Numbered from the stretch's first letter, positions 7,971 through 15,749 are shown. The stretch is 64,000 nucleotides of DNA from a virus (IMGVR_UViG_3300009370_002257:1-64000), one strand, 5' to 3'. Program-made: numbers and translations. The notes: a model not told the origin generated them from the sequence alone.

Positions 7971-8555
7971 TCACTCTCTCTTAATATCATCTTTAGTGCT
8001 TTCCATTAGGGCTTTAACATTCTTTTCGCAGAACCCTTTATTTGCTTGGCTTCTGTTTATTAATTCGTATACCACCCCCGTTAGCTCGGAGGGTTTACTG
8101 AATACTTGCACGAGCTTCGTCTCTTCACACGTTAAGGGTTTTTCTGAGTAAAACTCAACGAACCCTTTATTTTTCCATTCTTCCATTGTTTTTTCCACGT
8201 CGTCAACGTGATAGGCTATGTGGTGGATGCCCCCTACGCCTCCTCGTTCTTCGACCCAGTCACCAACTATTGAGCCTTTCGGCCCGTCGCTAACGAAAAT
8301 CTCGGGAGGTGCGTGGTATGGTATAAAATTTAAGTCACCCGAAGAGCCTTCATCCTTATCGGCTAATAGCACTTCCCACTCTGGAGTAAGTGAGTGTCTT
8401 TCCTCTGGTGGGGCCATCGCTATACACTTAGTCGTGCTGCCGTCATCGAACTCTAGGTCAAATTCAGCACCGATTGAGTAGCCTAAACATTCTTCAAAGA
8501 ATTTAGCAGTCTTATTCCTGTCTGCGCTTCTGTATGCTATATGGTCAAGCCTCAT
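7971..8555 (-). CDS. VOC-fold protein resembling the HPPD catalytic C-terminal domain
   Basis: Likely start MRLDHIAY at 8555; GGIHHIAY; LVQVFS...YELINR...GFCEKNVKALMES parallels HPPD LLQIF...FEFIQR...GFG.GNFKALFES. Confidence 0.8.
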   Translation of the reverse strand: MRLDHIAYRSADRNKTAKFFEECLGYSIGAEFDLEFDDGSTTKCIAMAPPEERHSLTPEWEVLLADKDEGSSGDLNFIPYHAPPEIFVSDGPKGSIVGDWVEERGGVGGIHHIAYHVDDVEKTMEEWKNKGFVEFYSEKPLTCEETKLVQVFSKPSELTGVVYELINRSQANKGFCEKNVKALMESTKDDIKRE

Positions 8556-8743
8556 TCCCCTTCCTCCGCGTGCTCCTTGAAAAAGCAGTCCCCGCTCGGG
8601 GTGGGTGCGCTCGGCATGCCTCCTTCGCCGGTTACGTGACAACACACCTCTCGGACGCACTCGTTTGGTAGCGAGGTGTAAGAATTATTAACCCCCGACG
8701 GGCTAGGTTCCTTCATCAAATTAAATAAGCTTCTAATTCCCAC
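8552..8743 (-). CDS. possible small Cys-containing ORF, or structured leader
   Basis: Stop overlaps the VOC start (ATGA); GC-rich and hairpin-rich, so coding status is uncertain. Confidence 0.35.
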   Translation of the reverse strand: MGIRSLFNLMKEPSPSGVNNSYTSLPNECVREVCCHVTGEGGMPSAPTPSGDCFFKEHAEEGE

Positions 8744-8753
8744 AATTCACCTT

Positions 8754-9335
8754 TCAGCTAAAAAAATTCTGCACTTTCCAAGTTATCCTAACTATAAACC
8801 CTAACGTATACCTTATCAAGCCAAAAATAAGCGCTAAAATGGCATGAATTGGTGTTTTTATCTTTTTTAGTAAGCTTTTCTCATTTTTTTTGGTTTTTGT
8901 TACTAATTTTTCGAGGTCTTTCTGTATTTCTTTTCTCTTTTTATTATCCGCTTTCTCCCACTCTAGTAGCTGGATTTCTTTCATGTCCCCTTTCCAAAAT
9001 AGCCCCTCAAATTCTAAATAAAAATCATATTCTTTATCAAGGTGAAGTATCGAGAAGACTACCGCTCCGGTGTGCTCCTGCCTCTCTATCCCGTCGTAAC
9101 TCTCCACGATGTCAATCGACCCCTTATCGTCTCGCGCGAACTCCTTCTTGATTATTTCTTTGTATAGTTGGCCATCAGAACTGATGGTATATTTCTCGAA
9201 GTCTAGCGGCGGCGAACCAATGAATGAGTATGTATGGAACTCTGCCTCGTCCCAGTCTATCGTAGTGACCATTAACTCAGCCACTTCTTCCGGGATAGGT
9301 AATTCGTATTCGCAAACTAGGTAGTCAGGAGTCAT
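8754..9335 (-). CDS. hypothetical protein
   Basis: 193 aa ORF, co-directional and overlapping its neighbour; hydrophobic C-terminus. Confidence 0.7.
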   Translation of the reverse strand: MTPDYLVCEYELPIPEEVAELMVTTIDWDEAEFHTYSFIGSPPLDFEKYTISSDGQLYKEIIKKEFARDDKGSIDIVESYDGIERQEHTGAVVFSILHLDKEYDFYLEFEGLFWKGDMKEIQLLEWEKADNKKRKEIQKDLEKLVTKTKKNEKSLLKKIKTPIHAILALIFGLIRYTLGFIVRITWKVQNFFS

Positions 9336-9507
9336 TATCTTGGATCATGTCTCTAAGCACTCTCAGGTAAAATAGTACGAAACCGTCACCCTCAGACTTA
9401 CTGGCTTTATTTTTTAATAAATAATACTCCTTGAGTTTCTGGTCGTCTCTTTCCGCCTGCTCAATTATTTGCTCGATAAGGCCTAGGTATTTATCTTTCA
9501 TATCCAT
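9325..9507 (-). CDS. hypothetical protein
   Basis: 60 aa ORF overlapping both neighbours. Confidence 0.6.
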   Translation of the reverse strand: MDMKDKYLGLIEQIIEQAERDDQKLKEYYLLKNKASKSEGDGFVLFYLRVLRDMIQDNDS

Positions 9508-9851
9508 ACCCTGTAGCTATCTGAGTCTTCGTGGAATGTACTGCTTTCAATTATGTCGCAGTCAGTTATTGCAGTTATTTGGTGGGGTACCAGCTTGTTG
9601 ATGATGTAGCAGTCGCCTTCGTATAGCTCCTCTTCTATTTCCGCCGCAGTCTGGGTGTCTAGAGTCTTGAGCCTGCATTTCCCGCTTAAAATATAGAAAG
9701 TTTCGTGTTTTCTTGAGTGAAAATGCATGGAGAAACTGTGACCAGATTTAACATGAAGAATTTTTCCGCAATAGTTATTAGGCTCGTCGTTGGCTAACCA
9801 GAGTTCGTGGCCCCAGTTCTTCTTAACTCTTTTGGGCTGATGTTTCACCAA
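9498..9851 (-). CDS. cupin (mannose-6-phosphate isomerase type II-like)
   Basis: V.K.WGHELW, YCGKIL, SMHFHSRKHETFYILSG, VPHQI, IESST.H...DSYRV. Confidence 0.8.
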   Translation of the reverse strand: MVKHQPKRVKKNWGHELWLANDEPNNYCGKILHVKSGHSFSMHFHSRKHETFYILSGKCRLKTLDTQTAAEIEEELYEGDCYIINKLVPHQITAITDCDIIESSTFHEDSDSYRVWI

Positions 9852-9897
9852 TAAATAATAACCTTATTCTAAAAAACTTCAATCTTATTTTAGAAAA

Positions 9898-9907
9898 GTG
9901 TATATTA
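9898..9907 (+). promoter_or_regulatory. GTGTA-type putative phage promoter motif
   Basis: GTGTATATTA then ATAT then ATG 9912. Confidence 0.4.
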
Positions 9908-9911
9908 ATAT

Positions 9912-10028
9912 ATGCCAAAAAAAGAAAAGCAGCAGTTAAGAACCGTAGTCAAAGTATTATCCGAGCAAAAGTTTCCAGCTTTAGAGAAAATCAAAAAGAA
10001 AATCAGCGCTAAAAAAGTAAGTAAATAG
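9912..10028 (+). CDS. small basic hypothetical protein (38 aa)
   Basis: MPKKEKQQLRTVVKVLSEQKFPALEKIKKKISAKKVSK; fills the gap between cupin and tRNA; motif upstream. Confidence 0.45.
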   Translation: MPKKEKQQLRTVVKVLSEQKFPALEKIKKKISAKKVSK

Positions 10029-10032
10029 AAAT

Positions 10033-10120
10033 TGGTACCGAAGGAGGGACTCGAACCCTCATGGCTTGGCCAGCCGACAGATTTTAAGTCTGTTGTGTAT
10101 ACCAATTCCACCACTTCGGC
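10033..10120 (-). tRNA. tRNA-Leu(TAA)
   Basis: GCCGAAG/CTTCGGT acceptor, GGTGGAATTGGTATACAC D-arm, ACAGA-CTTAAAA-TCTGT anticodon arm, long variable arm, GGTTCGAGTCC T-arm, encoded CCA. Confidence 0.97.
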
Positions 10121-10124
10121 AAAT

Positions 10125-10883
10125 CTAAATGGTGGCGACCCCTCTTTTTTTAACCACCTCGCAGGAGCATTTGTTCGCGAAATCAATCGCATTCTCTACG
10201 CTCGCCCCTTCAGTAATTAAAACCGCCAACGCGGAAAGAAAGGTGTCTCCAGCGCCAGATAAGTCTTGAGCAACTATCTTGTCGGGTGGGGGGTACATCT
10301 TCCCTGCGTACCAGCACCCCTTACTCCCGTGTGTTACTATTATTTTCTCAGTATATCGGTCTGTGGTGGAGGGCCCGTGCCCCAGCGAAAGCCTGAGACC
10401 ACGGTTTAATTCTAGCTCGTACTCATTAAGTTTTATGAACCTCAAATTATTGGGGAGATCGCATGTTAGCTTTCTTTTCGTGTCAAAAAAAACATTATCA
10501 TGCTCTAGGCATATTTTTCTTATGGCTTGATCACATAAGAAGCCTTTATTATAATCTGATACTATAACTGCATCATATTCATCCCATGCAACCTTTTGAA
10601 TATCGAAAGGGTCCGTTACCCTGTCGTCTACGTCTACCCTTAATAATAATTGATTGGTCTTTCTGTCTACGTACCTTATTTTTTCTATTAAGCTTTCGTT
10701 TGTAACGATGTCGCAGCGCACCCCTAGGGCTTCCACGTTAGCCTGTACATTTTTTGCCATGCCGCCATTTGAGGTTGCCCCCGTAGGTTGGAACACTGGA
10801 ACCGGCCCCTCTGGGCAAAGTCTTTCGCATGTGCCGTAAATAAATTTATCGGTACAACTGTCCCCTATCACTAGAAATTTCAT
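10125..10883 (-). CDS. PfkB-family kinase, HldE/RfaE domain I-like
   Basis: LVIGDSCTD.FIYG.CERLCPEGPVPV, GGMAKNVQAN, VSDYNKG, DLSGAGDTF. Confidence 0.88.
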   Translation of the reverse strand: MKFLVIGDSCTDKFIYGTCERLCPEGPVPVFQPTGATSNGGMAKNVQANVEALGVRCDIVTNESLIEKIRYVDRKTNQLLLRVDVDDRVTDPFDIQKVAWDEYDAVIVSDYNKGFLCDQAIRKICLEHDNVFFDTKRKLTCDLPNNLRFIKLNEYELELNRGLRLSLGHGPSTTDRYTEKIIVTHGSKGCWYAGKMYPPPDKIVAQDLSGAGDTFLSALAVLITEGASVENAIDFANKCSCEVVKKRGVATI

Positions 10884-11608
10884 GCGTCAATGATTTTAAG
10901 GGTCTCTTTTGGTGAATTAACTTTATGGCACACTCCGTCTCCGGCATTTTTTATGTCTAGATAAATATCATAATCGTTCCCGCCCTTAGAACAGCTGTCT
11001 CCTAGGAAAATCATCTTACCTCCGAGGTTTTTTCTTATCCATTTACTCGCTTGCGATTTATTGTGACCTTTCGGTTGTATATCTATACTTATCTGCCCGC
11101 CGATCCTGAAATCTAACTCTGGAAAACTCCTTTCTAATTGGCTTACTATGTTTTTTCTTTCTCCATTTTTGACGTCCCACTCATAGTATCTTTGCCTTTC
11201 TTCTGTGTTTGCGTTCCTGCCAATTGTGGTAAAGTTAAGCATCCCCGGTCTGAGCTCTATTATTTTTCCCCGACCACCGAGCTTCGGTCTTGTCGGAAAC
11301 TTTGTGTACATTTGAAAACCGATCAAGCACTCCGTCAGGTGGGGGTCGGGTGCCCATTCGTTTTCGTATATAAGGTTTTTACCGCTCCAAAATTGATTAG
11401 CCATGGAGCAGAACACCCCCTTGCACTCCGCTATTACCTCTGCTGGCACCTGCTCACTAACTTTTTCCAGATTACTGCCTGCAACTAAAAATACAGACTT
11501 ATCCTTCATCCAGCTAAGGAAGGTCTTAGCGAACCCGCTGGACATCTTACTCCTAGGCTCTGTTAGTGTCCCGTCTATATCAAATAGGTAATGTATGGGA
11601 CCTTTCAT
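10880..11608 (-). CDS. phosphomannomutase, eukaryotic-type (HAD IIB)
   Basis: FDIDGTLT, IELRPGMLNFTTIGR, GGQISIDI.PKG.NK, FLGD...GGNDYDI. Confidence 0.9.
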   Translation of the reverse strand: MKGPIHYLFDIDGTLTEPRSKMSSGFAKTFLSWMKDKSVFLVAGSNLEKVSEQVPAEVIAECKGVFCSMANQFWSGKNLIYENEWAPDPHLTECLIGFQMYTKFPTRPKLGGRGKIIELRPGMLNFTTIGRNANTEERQRYYEWDVKNGERKNIVSQLERSFPELDFRIGGQISIDIQPKGHNKSQASKWIRKNLGGKMIFLGDSCSKGGNDYDIYLDIKNAGDGVCHKVNSPKETLKIIDA

Positions 11609-12021
11609 TCTTTAGCGTCCTTAATGTATTCCGATGATGATCTAATTTTCTCACCCAAGCTGTCGACCATCTCAATACCTAGCTCCCTACATATAAGTGA
11701 TTCGGGGATCTCCTCTTGTATTCTGTCTCCGCCGTTGGCAAAAATGTCTGGACTGCAGGCGGCTAAAGATTTACACACAGACGAGTCCTCATCTATCGAT
11801 ATGAAAGCTTGATCCACGCACTGAAGGGACTCGATAATCTTGAGCCTGTCTTCTTGAGTCATAAAGGGTTTCCCCTTTTTTAGAGTCGCCTGTTTGTCGT
11901 TATTTACTATAACAACCAGCCTATCTCCTAACGCTTTCGACTTCTCTAGGTATTCTATGTGACCCACGTGAAGTGGGTCAAAGTACCCGCTCGCGGCGAC
12001 GGTTATTAACTTTGCACTCAT
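11605..12021 (-). CDS. cytidylyltransferase-family (TagD/RfaE II-like) nucleotidyltransferase
   Basis: SGYFDPLHVGHIEYL, VIVNND.Q..LKKG, FANGGDR. Confidence 0.85.
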   Translation of the reverse strand: MSAKLITVAASGYFDPLHVGHIEYLEKSKALGDRLVVIVNNDKQATLKKGKPFMTQEDRLKIIESLQCVDQAFISIDEDSSVCKSLAACSPDIFANGGDRIQEEIPESLICRELGIEMVDSLGEKIRSSSEYIKDAKE

Positions 12022-12028
12022 ATATAAC

Positions 12029-12199
12029 TTATCTCCAGATGTCCGGGTTTTCCTCTCTTTTTCTTCTCATGTAATCTCTTTTTTGTTTTCTTCTTTTTTC
12101 TCTATGTCTTTCGTCGTAGCTCTTACCAGCTTTCTTTGAGGCTTTTTTGCCTTTTTTTGTTTTCTGGTACCGTCTTTGTCTCTTATAGTTGTTTTCCAT
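12029..12199 (-). CDS. small highly basic protein (56 aa, not in ORF track)
   Basis: MENNYKRQRRYQKTKKGKKASKKAGKSYDERHREKRRKQKRDYMRRKREENPDIWR. Confidence 0.6.
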   Translation of the reverse strand: MENNYKRQRRYQKTKKGKKASKKAGKSYDERHREKRRKQKRDYMRRKREENPDIWR

Positions 12200-12274
12200 G
12201 TATATCGTCCACCTTAGGCTTTGGTTTGCTTTTCGGTTTAAAATTTGTTTTTTTTATTTTTATTCATATATGTA

Positions 12275-12351
12275 TGGTACTCTGGGTGGGGCTCGAACCC
12301 ACAACCCTCTGCTTAGAAGGCAGATGCTCTATCCAATTGAGCTACCAAAGC
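12275..12351 (-). tRNA. tRNA-Arg(TCT)
   Basis: GCTTTGG/CCAGAGT acceptor, TAGCTCAATTGGATAGAGC D-arm, TCTGC-CTTCTAA-GCAGA anticodon arm, GGTTCGAGCCC T-arm, encoded CCA. Confidence 0.97.
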
Positions 12352-12352
12352 T

Positions 12353-13195
12353 TTAAAGAACTGCTCTACCTTTGTCATTTTCCCAATCTTTTTCTGGCCT
12401 GTCGACTTGAATGTTTCTAGCCTTCGCCGCTTCCACTAGGTAACTCTCTTGACCGCATTGGGTCATTTGATCTAGCAAGGAGGCTGTGTCCTTGGGGAAA
12501 CAAGTACCGCCGAAGCCTTTCTTTCCATCTGGCCCGGGCACGGAGGTGTGGTTTATCCCAACCCTCTCGTCTCTGCAGGCAAGCTCTCTCACTTTTCTGT
12601 AATTAATATCATTTATTTCACAAAATTCATACACCTCATTAAAGAATGAGACCTTAACTGCAAGAAAGCAGTTGCGCGTATATTTTGTCAGTTCCGCCTC
12701 TTCGGTTGTAGAGAATGTCATCCTAGGCCGATTCTTAAGTGCTCCGTGGTTCCATGCCGACTCAAACAATTTGTAAACTTCGTCTCTTATCTTATCGTTT
12801 CTAGTGTTTGTTCCGAGTATCCAGTCTTCTTCTTCGGTAAAGTCTTTACGCCAAGATCTTTCCGTTAAAAACTCTGGCATAAACATAACGTTCAGTCTCC
12901 TGCAAGTGCCTACGGGGACTGTGGATTTCACAATCACCCTCCCCTTATCGTAGCCAGCTTCGTGTAATTCATTTACTACCCCATCTACTATAGACGTCGA
13001 ACAGCTTCCGTCTTGGTTCATTGGGGTGGGGACCGCTACGAAAATGAAATCACACGGCATAAGGTCTTTTACGGTTATTCCTAGGGGCTTACATTTTTTG
13101 GGGTCTTTGTCGTAAATGTAAAAAGGGACACCCTCGTGCTCGAGGAGCGATGTGGCTCCACCTACGTACCCATTACCTATCACTCCTACCTGCAT
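12353..13195 (-). CDS. UDP-glucose/GDP-mannose dehydrogenase family (short form)
   Basis: GNGYVG, FVAVPTP, IVKSTVPVG, PEFLTE, AELTKY, GFGGTCFPKD. Confidence 0.88.
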   Translation of the reverse strand: MQVGVIGNGYVGGATSLLEHEGVPFYIYDKDPKKCKPLGITVKDLMPCDFIFVAVPTPMNQDGSCSTSIVDGVVNELHEAGYDKGRVIVKSTVPVGTCRRLNVMFMPEFLTERSWRKDFTEEEDWILGTNTRNDKIRDEVYKLFESAWNHGALKNRPRMTFSTTEEAELTKYTRNCFLAVKVSFFNEVYEFCEINDINYRKVRELACRDERVGINHTSVPGPDGKKGFGGTCFPKDTASLLDQMTQCGQESYLVEAAKARNIQVDRPEKDWENDKGRAVL

Positions 13196-13202
13196 ACAAT
13201 AT

Positions 13203-13231
13203 ATATTAACTGGAAGGCAGCGTTATATCAA
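13203..13231 (-). promoter_or_regulatory. sigma70-type promoter
   Basis: TTGATA-17 nt-TAATAT, then 7 nt to ATG 13195. Confidence 0.7.
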
Positions 13232-13232
13232 T

Positions 13233-13282
13233 AAAAAAAACCCCGCCATGACCGTCCGAATTTAATCGCAATCATGACGGGG
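13233..13282 (-). terminator. intrinsic terminator with 20-nt loop
   Basis: CCCCGTCATGA / TCATGGCGGGG 11-bp stem (one G-U) followed by T8. Confidence 0.75.
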
Positions 13283-13301
13283 GAACCTAGAGAAGATATT
13301 A

Positions 13302-13511
13302 CTACTCTGTGGTTTGTTCCTCCCCGAGGGGAGATTCATCGGCCTCCACCTTAGCCCCTTGAATTTGATCAAGCTGCAGCTGAGTCGATTTGTTCATGCC
13401 TACTAGCACATACCCAGTAAGGGCGAAGTTAATGGCTAAAAGCAGGACCGCAATCCTAGCGTAAGCCGTTTTAACTGTCATTACCTTACTATCTTTATTT
13501 GTTTCTGTCAT
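13302..13511 (-). CDS. hypothetical membrane protein
   Basis: Likely start MTETNK at 13511, downstream of the promoter; one hydrophobic helix. Confidence 0.65.
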   Translation of the reverse strand: MTETNKDSKVMTVKTAYARIAVLLLAINFALTGYVLVGMNKSTQLQLDQIQGAKVEADESPLGEEQTTE

Positions 13512-13519
13512 AAGTCTTA

Positions 13520-13548
13520 ACCTTAGCACATAGTTACTGGGGTGTCAA
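13520..13548 (-). promoter_or_regulatory. sigma70-type promoter with GTAA spacer motif
   Basis: TTGACA-ccccaGTAActatgtgc(17)-TAAGGT. Confidence 0.7.
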
Positions 13549-13551
13549 ATT

Positions 13552-13592
13552 AAAAATAGCCCGCACACGCACGCCGACGATACGGGCTATTT
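13552..13592 (-). terminator. intrinsic terminator after hsp20, 19-nt loop
   Basis: AATAGCCCG / CGGGCTATT inverted repeat followed by a T-run. Confidence 0.7.
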
Positions 13593-13654
13593 ATAGATCG
13601 GGACTTCTCCCAAAGTCCACGCGCTACTATAACGCAGCAATAATATCGACGAAA

Positions 13655-13993
13655 CTATTTAATTTTTAATTCAAAAGATTTCGCAGATTGTTTTTTATTT
13701 ATTTTGATGTTCAACAAGCCATTTTCATACGCCACAGATGCGGTTTTTATATCCGCCTTCTTGGGTAAAAGTAGACTTCTTGAGTATACCCCTCCTTCCT
13801 GCTTTGCACTAACCTTAAGAATGTTATTATCAACAGTAAGGGTAATGTCCTCTTTCTTAAAGCCAGCTAGGTTAAAATCTACCTCGTAATGGGTCTCATG
13901 CTCGTCCCAGTGTGAATCAATTCTTGATTCGTAAGGGTAAACAAAAAAGTCATCTAGTAGTCTGTTCATATTTAATAATGTATTCATATACAA
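13655..13993 (-). CDS. Hsp20 / alpha-crystallin small heat shock protein
   Basis: NLAGFKKEDI.LTV.NNILKV, YSRSLLLP, ASVAYENGLLNI. Confidence 0.92.
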   Translation of the reverse strand: MYMNTLLNMNRLLDDFFVYPYESRIDSHWDEHETHYEVDFNLAGFKKEDITLTVDNNILKVSAKQEGGVYSRSLLLPKKADIKTASVAYENGLLNIKINKKQSAKSFELKIK

Positions 13994-14000
13994 ATACTAA

Positions 14001-14017
14001 AGCATGGATCGTGCCAA
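14001..14017 (-). promoter_or_regulatory. sigma54 (-24/-12) promoter upstream of hsp20
   Basis: TTGGCACGATCCATGCT, i.e. TGGCACG-N4-(A)TGCT with exact GG-N10-GC spacing. Confidence 0.7.
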
Positions 14018-14018
14018 T

Positions 14019-14044
14019 AAAAAAACCCCCCAAAAAGGGGGGTT
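14019..14044 (-). terminator. intrinsic terminator
   Basis: AACCCCCC / GGGGGGTT stem, 5-nt loop, T-run on the minus strand. Confidence 0.75.
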
Positions 14045-14098
14045 AACTATATCTATGAGCCAAGATGACTCTGGTATCCGGTGGTGTTTAGTGTGACA

Positions 14099-14263
14099 TT
14101 ATTTCTCTTGTATCTCTAGGTCTTCTCCGTCTTGCTTTTTCTTTTTGACTAATTCTTCAGCCTGTCTTTTCCCCTCTGATGTATAAGGAAAGGCTCCGTA
14201 TTTATAGCCCCTGTCCTTTGATACTACGAGGTAAAATTTTTTCTGTCTAGGCTTTCTTGGCAT
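14099..14263 (-). CDS. hypothetical protein (54 aa, not in ORF track)
   Basis: MPRKPRQKKFYLVVSKDRGYKYGAFPYTSEGKRQAEELVKKKKQDGEDLEIQEK; overlaps the upstream gene end. Confidence 0.55.
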   Translation of the reverse strand: MPRKPRQKKFYLVVSKDRGYKYGAFPYTSEGKRQAEELVKKKKQDGEDLEIQEK

Positions 14264-14525
14264 ATTGATTACTTATATAATCAATTTTCTCTGCCATTTT
14301 TTCTAATTTTTTCGAATCCGAATCGCTACCTCTTAGTAGGTTTTTAAAGGACTCTTCTAGGAGATTAAATCTTTGTTCTGAAAAGTGCTCTAGGTTCCGG
14401 GTGTTTTTTTCTATCAAATCTAGGTGGGTTTCTATAATGGATCGATTGATCTTTATTCGTTTTATAAGTTGCTTTAGGTCTCGCTCGAGTACTGCCGCCT
14501 CTTTCTTGGGGATGTTTGTGTTCAT
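14247..14525 (-). CDS. hypothetical coiled-coil protein
   Basis: 92 aa ORF with heptad-like Leu pattern. Confidence 0.65.
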   Translation of the reverse strand: MNTNIPKKEAAVLERDLKQLIKRIKINRSIIETHLDLIEKNTRNLEHFSEQRFNLLEESFKNLLRGSDSDSKKLEKMAEKIDYISNQYAKKA

Positions 14526-14534
14526 GGTTGATGA

Positions 14535-14876
14535 TTAATTACAGAGCTCTCCTAGCACCTCGTGTAAATCAATCTTTTTGAAAATTTCTTCCCCCATCTC
14601 ATCTATCATCTGATCCAGCTTAAAGCCTTCTGCGTGAGCCCACACCCATTTACTTAAATTTATAGAATACGCCACACAAAATTCCTGTAATGTCTTTGAC
14701 ACGTTCTGGTTTGATATATCTACAGACAGCACGCCGACGATAACTGCTCTATTTTTTTTCTCGTTCGCTACTATGGCCGAGTTTCCTTCTTCTGATGGGT
14801 TGGCTACTATGTAACACTTTGCGTCTGCTGCTTCTTGTAATATTTTATCTACTTCTCGTTCTAGGGTAATGTTCAT
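14535..14876 (-). CDS. hypothetical protein
   Basis: 113 aa ORF in a co-directional run. Confidence 0.65.
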   Translation of the reverse strand: MNITLEREVDKILQEAADAKCYIVANPSEEGNSAIVANEKKNRAVIVGVLSVDISNQNVSKTLQEFCVAYSINLSKWVWAHAEGFKLDQMIDEMGEEIFKKIDLHEVLGELCN

Positions 14877-14885
14877 TACCCATAA

Positions 14886-15749
14886 TTACACAATTATAAC
14901 CTCCGCGTTTGAAGTATCGATAGATTTGCCACCCCTATGAACTGAAAAAGATCGATTGCTTTTCTTATCGCTTTCTGGAGGCAGAGTGGGGTACCTAGAG
15001 GTTGAGTCACTTATTGACTGCCCCTTCTTATTTTTGATGAAGGCGTCAGCTTTCATGTCCCCCGAGAACTCTCTTTCTCTAACCCATTTCGTGCACCCCC
15101 ACTTCTCTCCCTTCGTTGGTGGCTTACCCCAGTGAAGACTCGGGTGGAACACTTGTCCGTTAATCATATTCTGCCATATGGCAACCCTGCCCATTTTGGG
15201 GGAAACTTTTACATCAAGCCTTGGCCAAAACGTATCCCCTCCTTCCTCTACATCGTTTAGGTAAAAGTAAACAGTCCACAACCTTTGACCTCCCTCAGCC
15301 ATGCATTTTTGATATTCTTTATGGTTCTCGTGAAAAAAATCGTGGTGGGGTTCGTACTGCTCTCCCTCTAAGTATCTTAAGACTTGTAGCCCCTCTTGGT
15401 TTTCTATGGGTTGTTCTGTGAAAGACTCTGTGATCTTTTCTATCTTATGAAGTGTCTTAAAGGTGTCGCTGTCAGCGTCTAGGTCTTTAGCTAGTAGCCA
15501 TGCATTCTGACTTGTCCTCCCTTTATTAAGGCGGGAATCTTCTTCCGACTCCCCCTTTAGGACTGTAGATCTAGAAAGGCCGCCGCGTGAAGCGTTAATT
15601 ATGTCTTGACACTCTTTTTCGGAGAGAACATTGTCCGCGAACCACACCCCGGTGGTTACGCGCTCCACACCTACCGAGGAAAGCCTAGCTGGAAGGGGTA
15701 TTGTTGGGGCTGCTTCGAGTATTGAGTCATCCATGCTACAATATAGCAA
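14886..15749 (-). CDS. prolyl 4-hydroxylase-like 2OG-Fe(II) oxygenase
   Basis: RTSQNAW, QVLRY..GEQYEPHHDFF (HxD), QRLWTVYFYLNDVEEGGDT, LHWGKP...GEKW. Confidence 0.9.
   Translation of the reverse strand: MLYCSMDDSILEAAPTIPLPARLSSVGVERVTTGVWFADNVLSEKECQDIINASRGGLSRSTVLKGESEEDSRLNKGRTSQNAWLLAKDLDADSDTFKTLHKIEKITESFTEQPIENQEGLQVLRYLEGEQYEPHHDFFHENHKEYQKCMAEGGQRLWTVYFYLNDVEEGGDTFWPRLDVKVSPKMGRVAIWQNMINGQVFHPSLHWGKPPTKGEKWGCTKWVREREFSGDMKADAFIKNKKGQSISDSTSRYPTLPPESDKKSNRSFSVHRGGKSIDTSNAEVIIV

Noticed and set aside
8560-8760. Lysine or glycine riboswitch upstream of the lysine operon (AGAGGTG, CTGAAAGG, CGAAGGAG words)
   Set aside because: The words occur in the wrong order and spacing for either family; kept only as an unassigned structured leader
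9905-12420. Track ORFs 9905-10192, 10032-10220 and 12136-12420
   Set aside because: They overlap clear tRNA genes and are shadows of them
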